A stretch of 63,973 nt of DNA, counting the filler, from Reticulomyxa filosa (taxonomy: Eukaryota > Protista > Foraminifera), in assembly GCA_000512085.1 (NCBI GenBank). It is 13 parts of 13 records of this genome, joined end to end, with 100 filler letters (N's around TTAATTAATTAA, not from the genome) between each part and the next. Parts side by side here need not be neighbours in the genome. Positions count along the whole stretch, not along the records: positions 35,940 to 56,213 come from ASPP01000842.1; 12 more parts are not named here. The stretch is one strand, 5' to 3'. Positions 38,731 to 51,734 of the stretch are shown piece after piece; positions within the stretch are counted from its first letter, which is position 1; every line of letters starts with the position of its first letter. The notes under the pieces were generated by a model. The model was not told the origin of the DNA. It saw only the letters and a list, made by a program, of their open reading frames with translations, and did not search any database. Made by a program: the position numbers and the translations under genes.

Positions 38731-38988
38731 ACTACCAAATTATATTCAAACAAAAATTCAATTCTTTAGTCTTTTTATTTTTATTTTTATTTTTATGTGA
38801 ATATCACACTCTTTTGTTTTGTGAATCTGTTTACAAAAGAATATTTCTTCATTTTAAATAAACCATTGAGCATTTCTTAATCATTGAACGTATACAAAAA
38901 ATAATTACAAATAAGAATTCGTCAAAAGCCAGTTTTTTTAAACTTAAACTGGAGATTCAACTTTCTGAAGAGCACTTTTGACAAAAAC

Positions 38989-39992
38989 ATGTTTGTTGTA
39001 GAAAATGCAGGGTATAAAAGCAAAGCAGGCTTCATTGTGTCCGTTTTATTGGTTTGGTGCTGTGTTATGTACTTGGTGTTTTTGTTGGTGGTCGTGCTGA
39101 AGAGTCTATGGCCGGAGATGCAGCTTATAAAAACGATAAGATCGTACAGTCTTTCCGGTCCAACTTCGACAGGAGAATCAGGAGATTTAAGACCTTCATC
39201 TTCAACAATAGACAAAAGTGACATCAATAAAATGTTAAAATGGTTTCTGACCTTGTACATCATTAGTGCAATTGTATTTGGGATAACGACTCTAACCGAG
39301 CAAATTGTATACGCAACAGCACAAGCAAGTCCGTGTCCTGGCTCTTATTACTCAGTATTAATTTTATCCTATGCTCGTCCGACATTATATGCATTTTTTG
39401 CAGTACGTATCGACACAGTATTCAAAAATAGTGTGTTCGAATTGTCCAAATGGCTTCGGTTCATTATCGTGTATTTTCCCGTACCTACGTACGTGACCCT
39501 TATGACTGCACGTGTTGCATACGGTCGATCTCACAGTTGCAATTTTGTGGACAATGTACTAAGTGGAATTAAAATTAGTTATACGTTGACCGACATTATG
39601 TGCTTGCTCATCTTATTTTTTGTCTTCATTTACAAATTATTCCAAGTTTTGATTGCAAAAAGAGTTCTTTTTTTCTTGACTGTAATCCCTTTTTACATTT
39701 TTATTATTTATGTCTTTTTGAAAAAAAATAATAGTTGACAAAAAATCCTGAAGTGTCCGCCGAAACAAGAGTTGACCTGCGTGCGTTGGTTAAAAAACTT
39801 TTTTCATTGTACATATTTGCACAAATTTCCACTTTCGTTGCGTATGCATTTAGCATTGTGCCATCAATGTATACTTATCGATTGGTCGCTTCTTCCTTTG
39901 ATGCTTGCATGCAAAGTACTGCTATTTTCTTGTCATTTAAGTTTGCAAATAAATATTACCAGCGATTTTTTTTATGTAATAAAGTTAATTGA
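38989..39992 (+). CDS. Orphan ~7-TM (GPCR-like topology) membrane protein
   Basis: Seven hydrophobic segments after splicing intron 39646-39734; no family-specific motif recognised. Confidence 0.65.
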
Positions 39993-40419
39993 TGAAAACT
40001 GCAGCGCGATGGGAGTCTCGCTTTATTTGCAAAAAATTTTAAAGAAAACCGATAATGCCTTTTTTTATGTGTATTTTTTTGTTCTCCCTCTCGGTACAAT
40101 TTTATTTTTAGACATTGAGAAAAACGAAAGGGAAAAGGGGGTGTACATTTTTTTGCTTCTTTTTTTCTTTTTTATTTCTCTTTTCTTTTTCATTTGTAAG
40201 GCTAAAAAACAAACTTGGGCACTGTTATGGAATTGCTTACAATTTACTCAAAAAACTCGTTTCGATCAAAAAAAAATTTCAATATTCGCTCATTCGTGAT
40301 TTTTTTTATATCTCAATTTGGCTTTGTTGAATTTGTGTGAGTAAAACGTGGTACTTAAAAAAAAATGAGCGAATAGATGTGAGGAGGTCCTCATTTTTTC
40401 TAACAGGGCTTATTTATTA

Positions 40420-41190
40420 ATTATAAATCTGAGATATCAAGACAGGCTTATTGAAATATCTATCCCTCTTGCAAAATTGGAATGACGTGTTAGTTCCTGA
40501 TACTTTTGTTCAGTTTTTATATCCCACAAATGAAGCTTGCCTTCATCCGAACATGATACAATAGCTTGACTGTCAAGAAGAAATTTTGCACTTGTTATCT
40601 CGTTTTTTGTCTTCCGCCAATTGTTTTATTTTTTTTCCTGAAGCAATATCTCACACGAATTATTTTGTCTTTTGAATAAGATAAACAAAAAGTGAATCCC
40701 AAGATAACTGTACTCCAATAATAGCAGCTGCATTGTCCTTCAATACATTAGTCTTGACACTAGGTTTAATATCTTATATTTCAATTGTATTATTCGTTGA
40801 TGCTGAAATTATTATTTGTTCATTTGAAGAAAAGTATACGTCTTGATTGCTTTGTATCATTCTAAACGTTTTACACCCCACAATCGAGTTGTTGTATCCG
40901 ATAAACTCGACACAATAAAGTTACCATCAGATGAAAATTGTGCTCTTGCCACACTACCTGAGTATCTTGTTAATATTTTCATTCCCTGTTTTGAGTTTAA
41001 ATCCCATATTCGGGTTATCTTATCCATTGAACATGATACAATAATATTTCCATCTGGTGAAAATTCTGTATCATTTACTTGATTCGAATGTTCTTTAAAA
41101 ATATTAATTTTATTTTCAGTTTTTATATCTAATACACGAATCAGATTGTCAGAAGAAGACAGAGTCATCTTAGTTTCATTAATAAACTAG
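40420..41190 (-). pseudogene. WD40 (HET-E-like) pseudogene
   Basis: [31 protein letters not shown] repeats, then stops and frameshifts in further decayed repeats. Confidence 0.8.
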
Positions 41191-42428
41191 AATGTAGCAC
41201 AAAATAAGATTGCCAAACCGTCAATTCGTTCATCGTTAAAAAATGATCAATCTAATGTTTAAGTATCATTTCCATTTCTTTTTGCTGCTTTTATTATATG
41301 TGGCACCTGTTGTCCTATTCTCGTTCTTATTCCATTTTCTCTTCTAAAGTGCTATTACGTAATTTTATTGTAATTGTAGCGTTCTCAGTATTTATACTGT
41401 TGTCTGTGTTTGGGTCGATATCATAATCATTGTGATAGATCACGTTTATCTGAGTATTCTGTAATGACAAGGGTGCATTATACAACATCGTATCAAGTCC
41501 TATATCTGGTTGTTTTAAAGCCTCTTTGTAGTTGTTTTAAATATTTACTGCTAGTGTAGTGATACTACCTACGTCACAATGGAGTCAGTATGACTCCAAA
41601 TATTTCACTTTTTTTAAAATTTAATTTCACAAAATCCATTTTCACTTTTCTTAAAAACGTACTTTCCCGCGCCGGATTCTCTACACACGGTTTCTATTTC
41701 TGAATGAAACCACATCTGTCAATTTATCTTGGAAAAAATGCAATAATTCTACAGACTCCAATGTCATCTATATTTTTTGTCATTTTGCAATTTTTTTCAA
41801 GGATGTGGAGGCGTGCTAATTATTTTGTGATAGGACACGACGTTGAAATGATTTAGTTATTGAAGTGCAAAAAAATTATGATTGTATATTATTTCTACTA
41901 ATATGTCATAATAGAATGTAAAAAAGAAATTTTGCTACTATTTCTTGTTTAAAGTGAATTAAGTGCTATAACAAAGAAAAAGAAGATTTTCAGATTAAAG
42001 CAGTGTTAATAAATCAATGTTCTAATTGAAAATGTCTACATTTGAATTACACTGCTAATCTTTCTCCAGCAATAATATATGAACGAAGTAACAAAGGTTT
42101 AATTCGATTCAGGGAAAAGCGAGGCGCTTTGCCCAAAACATTAAAGGAATAAAGCTTGTTCCTTACCTGAAGTGAAATAGGAAGTAACGTCTTGCATCTC
42201 AATAAAAAGTAGTAATTATTCAACAAAGAGTAACATAAGAAGATTAATAAGTTTTACTGAACTTGATTTATGACAACAAAAAAATTATTGAAAAATTTAA
42301 TGAGCAATTACTATGAATAACGCACACTTGCAAAGTGCGATTCAAATTGGAAGTGGTAACTTGAGCCAGAAGTATTATAAAAAATTCAGTCCAAAAGTGA
42401 TCACTAGTTCAAAAAAGGAAATCCATTT

Positions 42429-43568
42429 TTATTCACTGAATTTAAGTGAAATATCTAACGCTTGTACTGAGTGTGTGACAGAACCAGTGGAAACAAAATC
42501 AACATTAGTTTTAGCAACTTGTGCGACACTTTCCAAAGTGATATTGCCACTAGCCTCAGTTTCAAATCTGCCACTGATAATTTGCAAGGCTTTCTCCAAC
42601 ATGGTAGTGTCCACAACCCCTTTTTTTTCCGTTCGCTTGACCATATTGTCCAACATAATTCGCTGAACTTTGCCTTTGGCATACGAGCAAACTCGTTCCA
42701 CTTGTTCCAAAGTGGCACACTCGATTTCAATTGGGATGCTTTCATGTTTCAATTTTTCATTGTTTTGGATGTAATTTAAACAGTTGTCAATGGCCTTTTC
42801 TATGCCACCACTCGCCGTAATATGATTATCTTTGATCATTATCATATCATACAATCCCATTCGATGATTGTGTCCACCTCCGTGACTCACTGCCAATTTA
42901 TCTTTTATGTTTATTTTTTTTTTTGTTCTCCTACTTTTTGCATTCGTCACAATACAAAAGTTTCTTTTTGTTATACCTAATATTCGGAGACCAGGTGCTG
43001 TTTTCCGTGTGTCCAATAAAATGGTTTTGGATTTCACGGATGATATCTGGTCTACCATTGCTCTTGTTTGGGTAGCAATACCACTCATTCTATACTCATG
43101 TACAAAAAATAAAATGCGTATATATATATTTTTTTTTTCCTTCTTTCATCCCTTCCTCCTCCCTCACCTTTGCATTATGTTCAATGCAATGCGCTCACCC
43201 GTCAAAATCGATTGCGATCTTCCTTTTATGTCACATATCTTATCTCCCGGCTGGACAATGTCTCCATTTTTTTTGTGCCAGTTTAATGTCACTTTTTCAT
43301 CAATGAATTCAAATACTTTGTTCACTACGTTCGTCCCTGATACTACCCCATTGGCTTTTGCCAATAAATATGCATGCGAAATTTGCTCTTTTGGGACTGT
43401 TGATAGTGTCGTTATGTCACCTCGATCCGAAAGATCCTCTTTTAACGCTGTTTCAATAACACGGATGATCTCCGCTTCTTCAACTACATGTTGCAGTTTT
43501 AAGCGTTTGGTCGGGGAAGTATCCTCTTCTTTTTTGTTTTCGGTGACTAATTCCTGAGGTTTTGACAT
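42429..43568 (-). CDS. nadC: Nicotinate-nucleotide pyrophosphorylase (quinolinate phosphoribosyltransferase)
   Basis: ALKEDL..GDITT, ERIALN..QRMSGIAT, DTRKTAPGLR, HRMGLYDMIMIKDNH, IMLDN, EASGNI; introns 43167-43090, 42976-42902. Confidence 0.97.
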
Positions 43569-43771
43569 TGTTGTTTTTGAAATTTTTCTCCCTTCTCTAT
43601 GTTTTGTCCCTTTTCAGGTTTAACGTTTTTTAACAACAAATAACTAATATTTTCTTACGATTGTGCCGAACTGTAAATTGTTAACATTGACAGACCAGTT
43701 GAACGGTGGGGAATATAAAAAAACATTTTGCATCTTAACTTGGCAATCTTGCATTATTTGAAACTGGGATA
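43569..43771. promoter_or_regulatory. Putative bidirectional promoter between nadC and WRAP53
   Basis: Divergent start codons only 203 bp apart. Confidence 0.5.
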
Positions 43772-45832
43772 ATGACAGAAAAAAACACAGATTCTCTCGA
43801 ACCACCAACAAAGCGGCAAAAGCTAGCACAAGAGAGATGCACAGTGATTAATTTGGAAGATTCACAGTTAACTTTAACGGAGAAAGAAAAGCCAAGTCAA
43901 GACAGTGCAACGACGCTGCAAGTGGAGAGCAAGGCAACAACACAAAGCGAATGCTCTGTAGAAATGAATGAAAAGCAGGCACCAGAGCAAACAGCAACAG
44001 CAACAGCAACAGCGATAACGACAGTAATAAGCGAAGTGACGACAGAGACAGTAAAAGAGGAAAAGATAGAGTGGAGAGATTGGAAAATAGTCCAAAGAGC
44101 AACTCATGCATTTAGTAATAAAGTGTCACGTCGAAAGCGCGTATCAACAGATGGTGGAAACTTTTTAAAAAGTATCTCATGGTCACCAGATGGAGTCTAT
44201 CTGTTATCGAATTCCAATGATCGAATCATTCGCTTGTACACACCGTTTAGTCAAATCGAAACAACGAAAAAGAAGGAGAAGGAGAAAGAAGACGAAGAAG
44301 AAAAAAAGAACAAGGAGAAGCTCAAGAAAAAGAAAAAGAGCAAGAACAAGAAATAACAGAACAAGGGGGATTGAAAGAGTACATACAATTTGCACATCCG
44401 GAGCCAGTCTATGATGTCGCATGGTATCCAAATATGAAGTCACATACGTACCCTTGGACAAGTTTGTTTATCACTACCTCTCGCGACTCACCCATTGTCA
44501 TGCACAACACTTGGGACAATCAAAAATGTCGTGCCATTTACAAGTTGGTGTGTGTTTGTCGTCATATAAATAAATACATATATGTACATATAATATTTAT
44601 GTGTATATGTAAGGAATTGTGTTAATAACTCTTTCTTTTTTAACTAAAAAAAAAAAAAAAGATACGTATTTGCAGATGCAGTCGAAACTGCCTATAGTGT
44701 GGCATTTGATCGAAATTGTGAGTATTTATACGGTGGATATGAAAGAAAAATTGGTCAATTTAATTTGATGAGACCGAGCGATGAGCCAACATTGTTGACC
44801 ACAGTCAATCCAAATCAGAGCGGAATAAAAGGTAGAGTGACCTCTTTAGAATTTGCACCTATCTATTTTCAACCCAATTTTTTTGCTGCTGCAAGTTATG
44901 ATGGAACGACTTTACTAATGGATCGTCGATGTCAATATCCAATTGCTTCCCTCAAAGTTTTTTTTTCTACTTCTTTTTATTTGCTTTTGATCATATGTTT
45001 TTTTTTTTTGGTCTGAATATTGAAATGTGTTCGTGGCCAGCATCATCCCTCAGGAGTAACATGTTTAAAATTTACACCTTGTGGACGATATTTACTTACT
45101 GGAGCTCGCCGTGGTGATCATATATTGGCGTGGGATTTACGTAAGTGCTATCGAATGTTGTTAAAATCACAAATACAAAATGCATCTGAGTCATTAACAA
45201 CTGCACAATGTGATGAAATTATTGATCACAGTGTGTGGAATACGTACAATAGTTTTTGTCAAACAAATGAACAACCAGTTCAACAAACTATGTATACTAT
45301 TAGCCCATTTCACAATGATGGGAATACCTGCTCATTGAGACACTACACTTCAAACCGAACCAGCCGTCGAAATTCTTCCAAAAATAAGGCCAGCGATTTA
45401 AAATGTATGTTTGAAAGACATATTCAAAATAATCAAAAAATCATATTTGACTTGGATCACACTGGCCAATGGCTGATATCTGGCGGACATAATCATGCTT
45501 TGCATGTTTTCGATTGTTTTGAACGACTCTCTGGTCCTACAATTGAGTCTGATCTTGTTCAAAAACCTCAATTTGAATTAAAACACGAATGTCGTGCTGT
45601 TAGCTCTGGTGTTTTTCATCCGACATTGACCAATGTTATTGCCACTACTTGTGGAGAGCGGGTTTACAAACCAAAACAAAATACAAAATTGTCCACAAAA
45701 ACTGTTTTCTCGAAGACAGATAGCTCGAGTGATAGCGACAGTGATGTTGAAAACAAACCTTCACAAAACTCTTTGTTTTCACAAAACGTAAATGGTATAT
45801 TTATTTGGTCAAATAAGCAACAATCCTATTGA
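43772..45832 (+). CDS. WRAP53: Telomerase Cajal body protein 1 (WDR79/TCAB1)-like WD40 protein
   Basis: NFLKSISWSPDGVYLLSNSND, EPVYDVAWYPNM, FITTSRDSPI, LLTGARRGDHILAWDLR, NNQKIIFDLD, FHPT...ATTCGER; introns 44544-44661, 44957-45040; 1-nt shift in A7 at ~44301-44307. Confidence 0.9.
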
Positions 45833-46249
45833 TAGATACTCACACCTTCGTACAAATTGTAACTATTCAACGATATTAGTCCTTATCTACCTTGTTTTAT
45901 TTGTCAAATTATTTTATCATAGTTATAGTGTCAGTTTCATTTATTTAGGATGTGGAACATCCCGTCAATGCATTTAAAACGTTTTGTTAAAAAATTTATT
46001 GCGCAAATCTTCGCCTGTTGTTAAAGGAAAAATGTTTCACGATATTACTGCGTTGCAGTTTTCTGAACATTCTTTTTGCAGTATAATTTGAGAAGTCAAA
46101 TTAAAAGCATCTAATATAAGTCTCATTTTGTAAGAACTGACCCTTATCACAAACCAAATTCAAACAGAACTTTCTACGCATTACTGCCCATTTTTTTTAA
46201 ACTTTGTGCTAAGGTCCTACATTTGTACAATTTGATTGGGATGTTACCA

Positions 46250-47842
46250 TTAATCCAAAATGATGGAGTACTTGTCTTTGAACATTTTGGATTTACATCC
46301 ATAAGACGTTGCGAACTTAACATAAACGTTCTTTTCTTTTCCGGGCAAAGGATCTTCTTTTTCTTTTTTGAGTAATTTTTCAACAAAGTCTGGTGCTGCA
46401 TTCTTGTCATGGCGTTTCAGTCTTGATAATCTTCGCGCTTTGACAAAGCCACGGAGTTTATCGGACACATCCACTAAGTATGGCTTTCAAAAATAGAAAA
46501 CAATAAGCGACACACAACAAAAAGATTTGTGTAACATTAGTCTCACAATAACAAAAAAAGATAAGCAAAGCAGCTGAACTCCTGCACCAAATTTAGCAGA
46601 TAATATGTCTGGATTGAGGTCTTTGACATAGTCCTTAAACTGAATAGCTAATCCTTTGGCCTCTTCTTCTGATGCACATTTGATGACATAGTCTTTGCTT
46701 GAGTTTAGCTGTAAAAGAAAATTTAAACACATTTTATTTTTCGAACAAACAACAGCATTACATATATACATGTATGTACATTTAAGACAACACACATTTA
46801 AAGTCATAGGTTGCGCAAGTTTCTTAAAAGTTTTGCCAGTCAACAAATCCGATGCCGAAACGTCACCTTCATAATTATGATATTTTAATATAAGGCTCGA
46901 GTCTTTGGTTTCACAATCGAATAACACGCGAGAAGTTTGCAAGAATTCTTGTCCATGTGTAAACGATTCGTCCGATTTTGAAGGAACATAAAAGAGATAT
47001 AATACTTTTCGGCGTTGAGGCGCAGGGTCTCCAAGCTTTATGTACATTGGCTTTAATGCTTTTAAGTCCAAGACATGTTCTGTTTCGTTCAAATGCTCAG
47101 CCACTAATTCTGTGACATTAATGCTAGAAGACAGAGATATTGCCTGGCGTGTCAAAGAAAATTGCGCATCGGAGACACCAAAATAAGCTGAAACAATCCT
47201 TTCTACGTTTTCCAATGTATCATCTTTCGTGTGCTCGTCAATGACCGTTTTTTCTTTTTAAATTCAATTCAATGCAATGTGTTTGAAGTTTTACAACAAA
47301 ACATGTCGACATAAGCATAGATATGCACAGACACGCAATACAAGAAGTCTCAACTGACAATACGTGCCACAATTATCCTCAAATTACTTGCCAAAACAGC
47401 GAGCTCACCGTTTTGAATAAGCTCTCCGACGATAATCCTTTCGTGTTCCCTCATGTCCAATAACTCCAAAGTTCCTACGTTTCGGAGTTGCTCATGGTCC
47501 AATCCCTTTTCCTCTAAATCCCACAAGATATTTTGTTGGAGCGAGTGGGTGGTCGAAAACGGTTGCATTGGAACCCCAGGACGTAAGAATCGTGGCAATC
47601 GCTTTCGTTGAATCGGCGGTAATTTAGACATGTCAATAAAGGTTGCAGTGTTGGCAATGCCATTCAATGTATTCGAAGCCAGATCGATCACACCAGTTAC
47701 CGGCTTGAAAACCAATCCAGTAACTCCTTGAGTAAGTCCTTTTCCAACGCCCAGCACACCGTCTTTCTTAGCTCCTTCAATTGGTTTCGTAACCACTCCG
47801 GTGACACCTTCAAAAATGTCTGTGTGTAAATTGTGTATTACC

Positions 47843-47888
<46 letters not shown>

Positions 47889-49544
47889 CATTGATCCAAC
47901 TGTGTTTGTAGTAAACACACATGCCGAAGCAAACAAAAATATCTCAACTTTTGGTCAGAGATGTGACCCCCCTTGCCAAGCCATCACCAATATGCTTTGG
48001 CTTTCCTTTGGCTTCTTGCATTCGTCTTTGAGCCTGATAGTCATCATCCATGGTCAAAACCTCGGTTGCTTTACTCACACTAGTGGTGACTTTGGACGCG
48101 GCTCCAAACACGCCTGAAATGGTTTTGGACAACAAGCTAGAAGTACCTTTGCCAACTCCACGTGTGAAGGCCAAAGGACTGTCGACTAAGCCTTGCGCAG
48201 GCTCATAAAAGAAATCTTTGACGCCGGCGCCAATGTTGCCGATTAATTCCACAGGGTTGCCCAACAAGTTCAGCGACCCGACAAGCTTGAAGCACTCTCG
48301 CAATCCCTGTTGTCGGTAGTGCGAAATAATGGGGTCGATCAATGTCTCTTTGTCTCCAAAGGCATCTTCAATCAACAACGAGTTGAGTCTCATTGGGACA
48401 TTTTCAACATTGCCCAACATGGAAATGAGCGTGTTGATCAGGTTTTTGGCGAGCCACAGCATGGGGTTGACTGCAACCAAACGTGGTCGACTAGTTGGAT
48501 TTACGGAAAACGATACGTCAATGGCCAGCGGTTGCAAATGGAAGATTTTGAAGAAGAACTTTTGAAGTTCGCCAGGATGGTACTCCAAGTATTTTGTTGG
48601 GTCACATAAGATCTTATTCTAAACACACACACACACAACACATATATGCATTTTTTTTTTTTTTTTAAGGCAAGTAGTATTTTCTCATTCCCTTCCTGAG
48701 GATATTTAAAAATTAAAATAATCTAATGAACCTTGATATCTTCTTCATTGTACTCATTCCTAAATGACTTTTCAATAAATTCTTGAGAGAACCTAAATAC
48801 ATCCCAAATCAAGGCCTCATCTAATTGAAATACCATCTTCTGAACCAATGCACTAAATCCTTGAACGACGGTCAAATTCGATGTATCACTTATGTTGGCG
48901 ACATTTAGACTCACTTGCAAGAACGGCTTTTTCTTTTCCGGCAATTGAGGGAATGGTGCCAACAGCGAGCAGAAGCGAGAAGATCGTCGCTGCGTGTCGA
49001 TTTGGAAATGGTCTATCACAAGTTCTAATGTCGTTTGTTCCAAGCTTTGATGGATTTTCGTATCGACTTTATTGGCGCTAATGTAGAGGAGTTCTGTCGG
49101 ATGTCCATCCACAACACTCACGCCAAATGATGGAACGTGCGCTTGGATGTTAAAATTGCTACGCAAAGAAGGATCTGCTGCCTTGATGTGAACCCACGCA
49201 TATCGAATGAAATACTTTTGATCCTTAAATGCGTCACTGGCAGGGTTAAATTGCACTTTTGGTTTTCTTTTCAGTGTCAATGAAATTCCCTATTATTATT
49301 ATTTTATTATAATTGTTGTTGAAATGGATGTAATAATCTTTATGGATTTGGAAAAACACATACACTGTCGCCTTCTAGTATTTGCACCTTTCCATCCTTG
49401 CTTTCATTTTCTTCATCTTGTTTCAAAAGCAAATATCCAATCATTACTTCCTCCTTCTTTGTAGAGGTCCACAATTCCACAGATGCTTTGCCTATTTTTA
49501 TGTGTTATTGTTTCATTTCACGATCAAAAAAATATTTCTTTGAT

Positions 49545-49575
<31 letters not shown>

Positions 49576-51701
49576 TTTTTTTTTTTTGCAGGAAAATAGC
49601 CACGAAACAAGTCTCTTTTTTATGTTCAACATAAAAATCTTCATCAACGATCGTGGACTCCCCAAACAAGTCTTCTCCCAAAGCAATTTTTCTCGCTTGC
49701 TTATCCACACGTAGAATTACAAAGGCATTGGACAACACATCGAATGCGGCGTCATCCTCGCAATCGATATCAAAGATGGCGATTCGGTGTAATTGTTGCC
49801 TACGCGGACGCAAAGTGGATTCGTCGATGGAATCATTTTTCGCAATCTCTTCCAACAATCGCTGTTGAACAGCCTCAAGAACCTGTTTACGAGCTTCGTG
49901 AATTCGAATTTGGTAATCATAGTTTTCTGTCTTGGACTTCGCCACGGCCATTCGAACATGAATGTCACCTTTGTTGCCGGTCAATCTTATTTCACACATG
50001 TTTTGAAAATGTGCAATACAACACTCACTCACTTAAAGCGTATCCAAACAAACAAACAAACAAAAAAAAAAACCAATTTGAATACACTTCTTCAACTTGA
50101 CCCATCGATCAACCGTGTCTCCATCACTTTTTTTTGCTTCTTCCAATGAAACAACTGCTTTGCCCAACGAATCATCATGAATAAGACCTTTATCAAACAC
50201 TTCCAAGGCGACATGATTCACATTTTCAGGCAATACAAACCGACAAGAAAAGTTCCAAGCCGGATTGCAAGTATGGTTCTTCACTGGGCTCTGCTTTTTC
50301 TGATTGGACACGGCAACGGACACATACGGGTCGCTGTCTTTACCAAACGGCTTTGCAGAAGCGAGGCCGCGTGCTTCCACAACCTCCAAGTGCAATTGTA
50401 TCTCATGCTTTTGCTGAACTTCGGCCGTTTTTGTTGTTTTGGTTTCTTGCAGTTTTTGGATTTGCTGACTCAGATTTTGTAAATCCGATTTGATCAATTG
50501 TTTCCGTTTCTCGACTGTTGGCTTGTGTTTTTTCAAGACAGACTTCAAATCGAATCCTCTTAATTTCAATTGGCTGATATTCTCAGGCTTTTCAATTTTG
50601 AAATCGGAAATCACCAACGCTTGTGTGGGTCCGTGCGCTTCCACAGCACAATACAATTGCATATCATTTTTCATAAAGCCAATGTTGGGATATTCTTTCT
50701 CGACATCACGCATGTCAAATTTGTATTGTTCTTCTTTAGCTCCGGCAAATTGTACAAGTATTTTTTTGGGCCCTTCAAGATCATGCCATGCAAACGCAAC
50801 TTCACTCAATGGTTGAACCGTTTCCCAAATATTGCTGCGCTTTTGACAAAAGCGGAATTCCGTTGTCAACGTGCGATTCACCACACGCAAGGGCGGGAAT
50901 TCCTTGTCGGCTTTGTTCACGTTGATGTACAACGAGGCAAATGCGTTCGTGGTTTGAATGTCCAACATATCTGGAATCGGTGAATTCTCACGTAAGATGC
51001 GAATGACACTACTGCCAAGATCGCCGATGCGCACAAAGCCGGACCATTTTTGTTCCACCGTTGGCTTCCTTTTGGCTGCCTTCGCGATCTCAGAACCCGG
51101 CACGATACGGAATTGCAATGCCTTACGTTTTGCTGGAGAAACCCAATGAAAAGCAATCGATTCGTTTGGACGTAATTGAATTGGTTCATGCTCTGTCTCA
51201 TTGCTTGGAGCCTTTTTTTTTTTTTTTTTTTTTTTTTTGGTGTACGTTTAATGGAATATCCGTCCAAATCATGTTCAGTTGTTTTGTTTGTTAATTTAAA
51301 ATATATATATATATAATTGTTCTTTTAACCTGTTTGATTTCGATGGTTTCTTCAAAGTTGTTGCGAATGAAATGCCTTGGGGCAAATGTGATGCGTTTAA
51401 TCAAGCCACGGAATATCCCTGTAACTAATGAGATTTCAACGCCCACTTCAAACTCGTATGTTTTGACATCGTTTTCACTTTTTTTACCAAACAATTTGTC
51501 AACGCGTGTGTAGTTGCCCACTGCATCCGCTGCAAAGGGGTCCGAAAATTTGGAGTAAGGTGTTTGTACGTAAATTTGCCCACTTGCACGGTTGTTGGGA
51601 ATTCCAAACATGACAGGTTCTTTCTGGAGTTTCTTGTCATTTTGAGAGATGGAGCTCATACCACCTGGTATTGATTTGCCTAAATAGTTAACATCAATTA
51701 C

Positions 51702-51734
<33 letters not shown>

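Noticed and set aside
41270-41550. Possible retroelement remnant
   Set aside because: Coding-like composition, but no RT, endonuclease or integrase motif could be read.
44301-44307. Frameshift or pseudogenisation of WRAP53
   Set aside because: One base missing in an A7 run of an otherwise intact conserved gene; likely homopolymer error.
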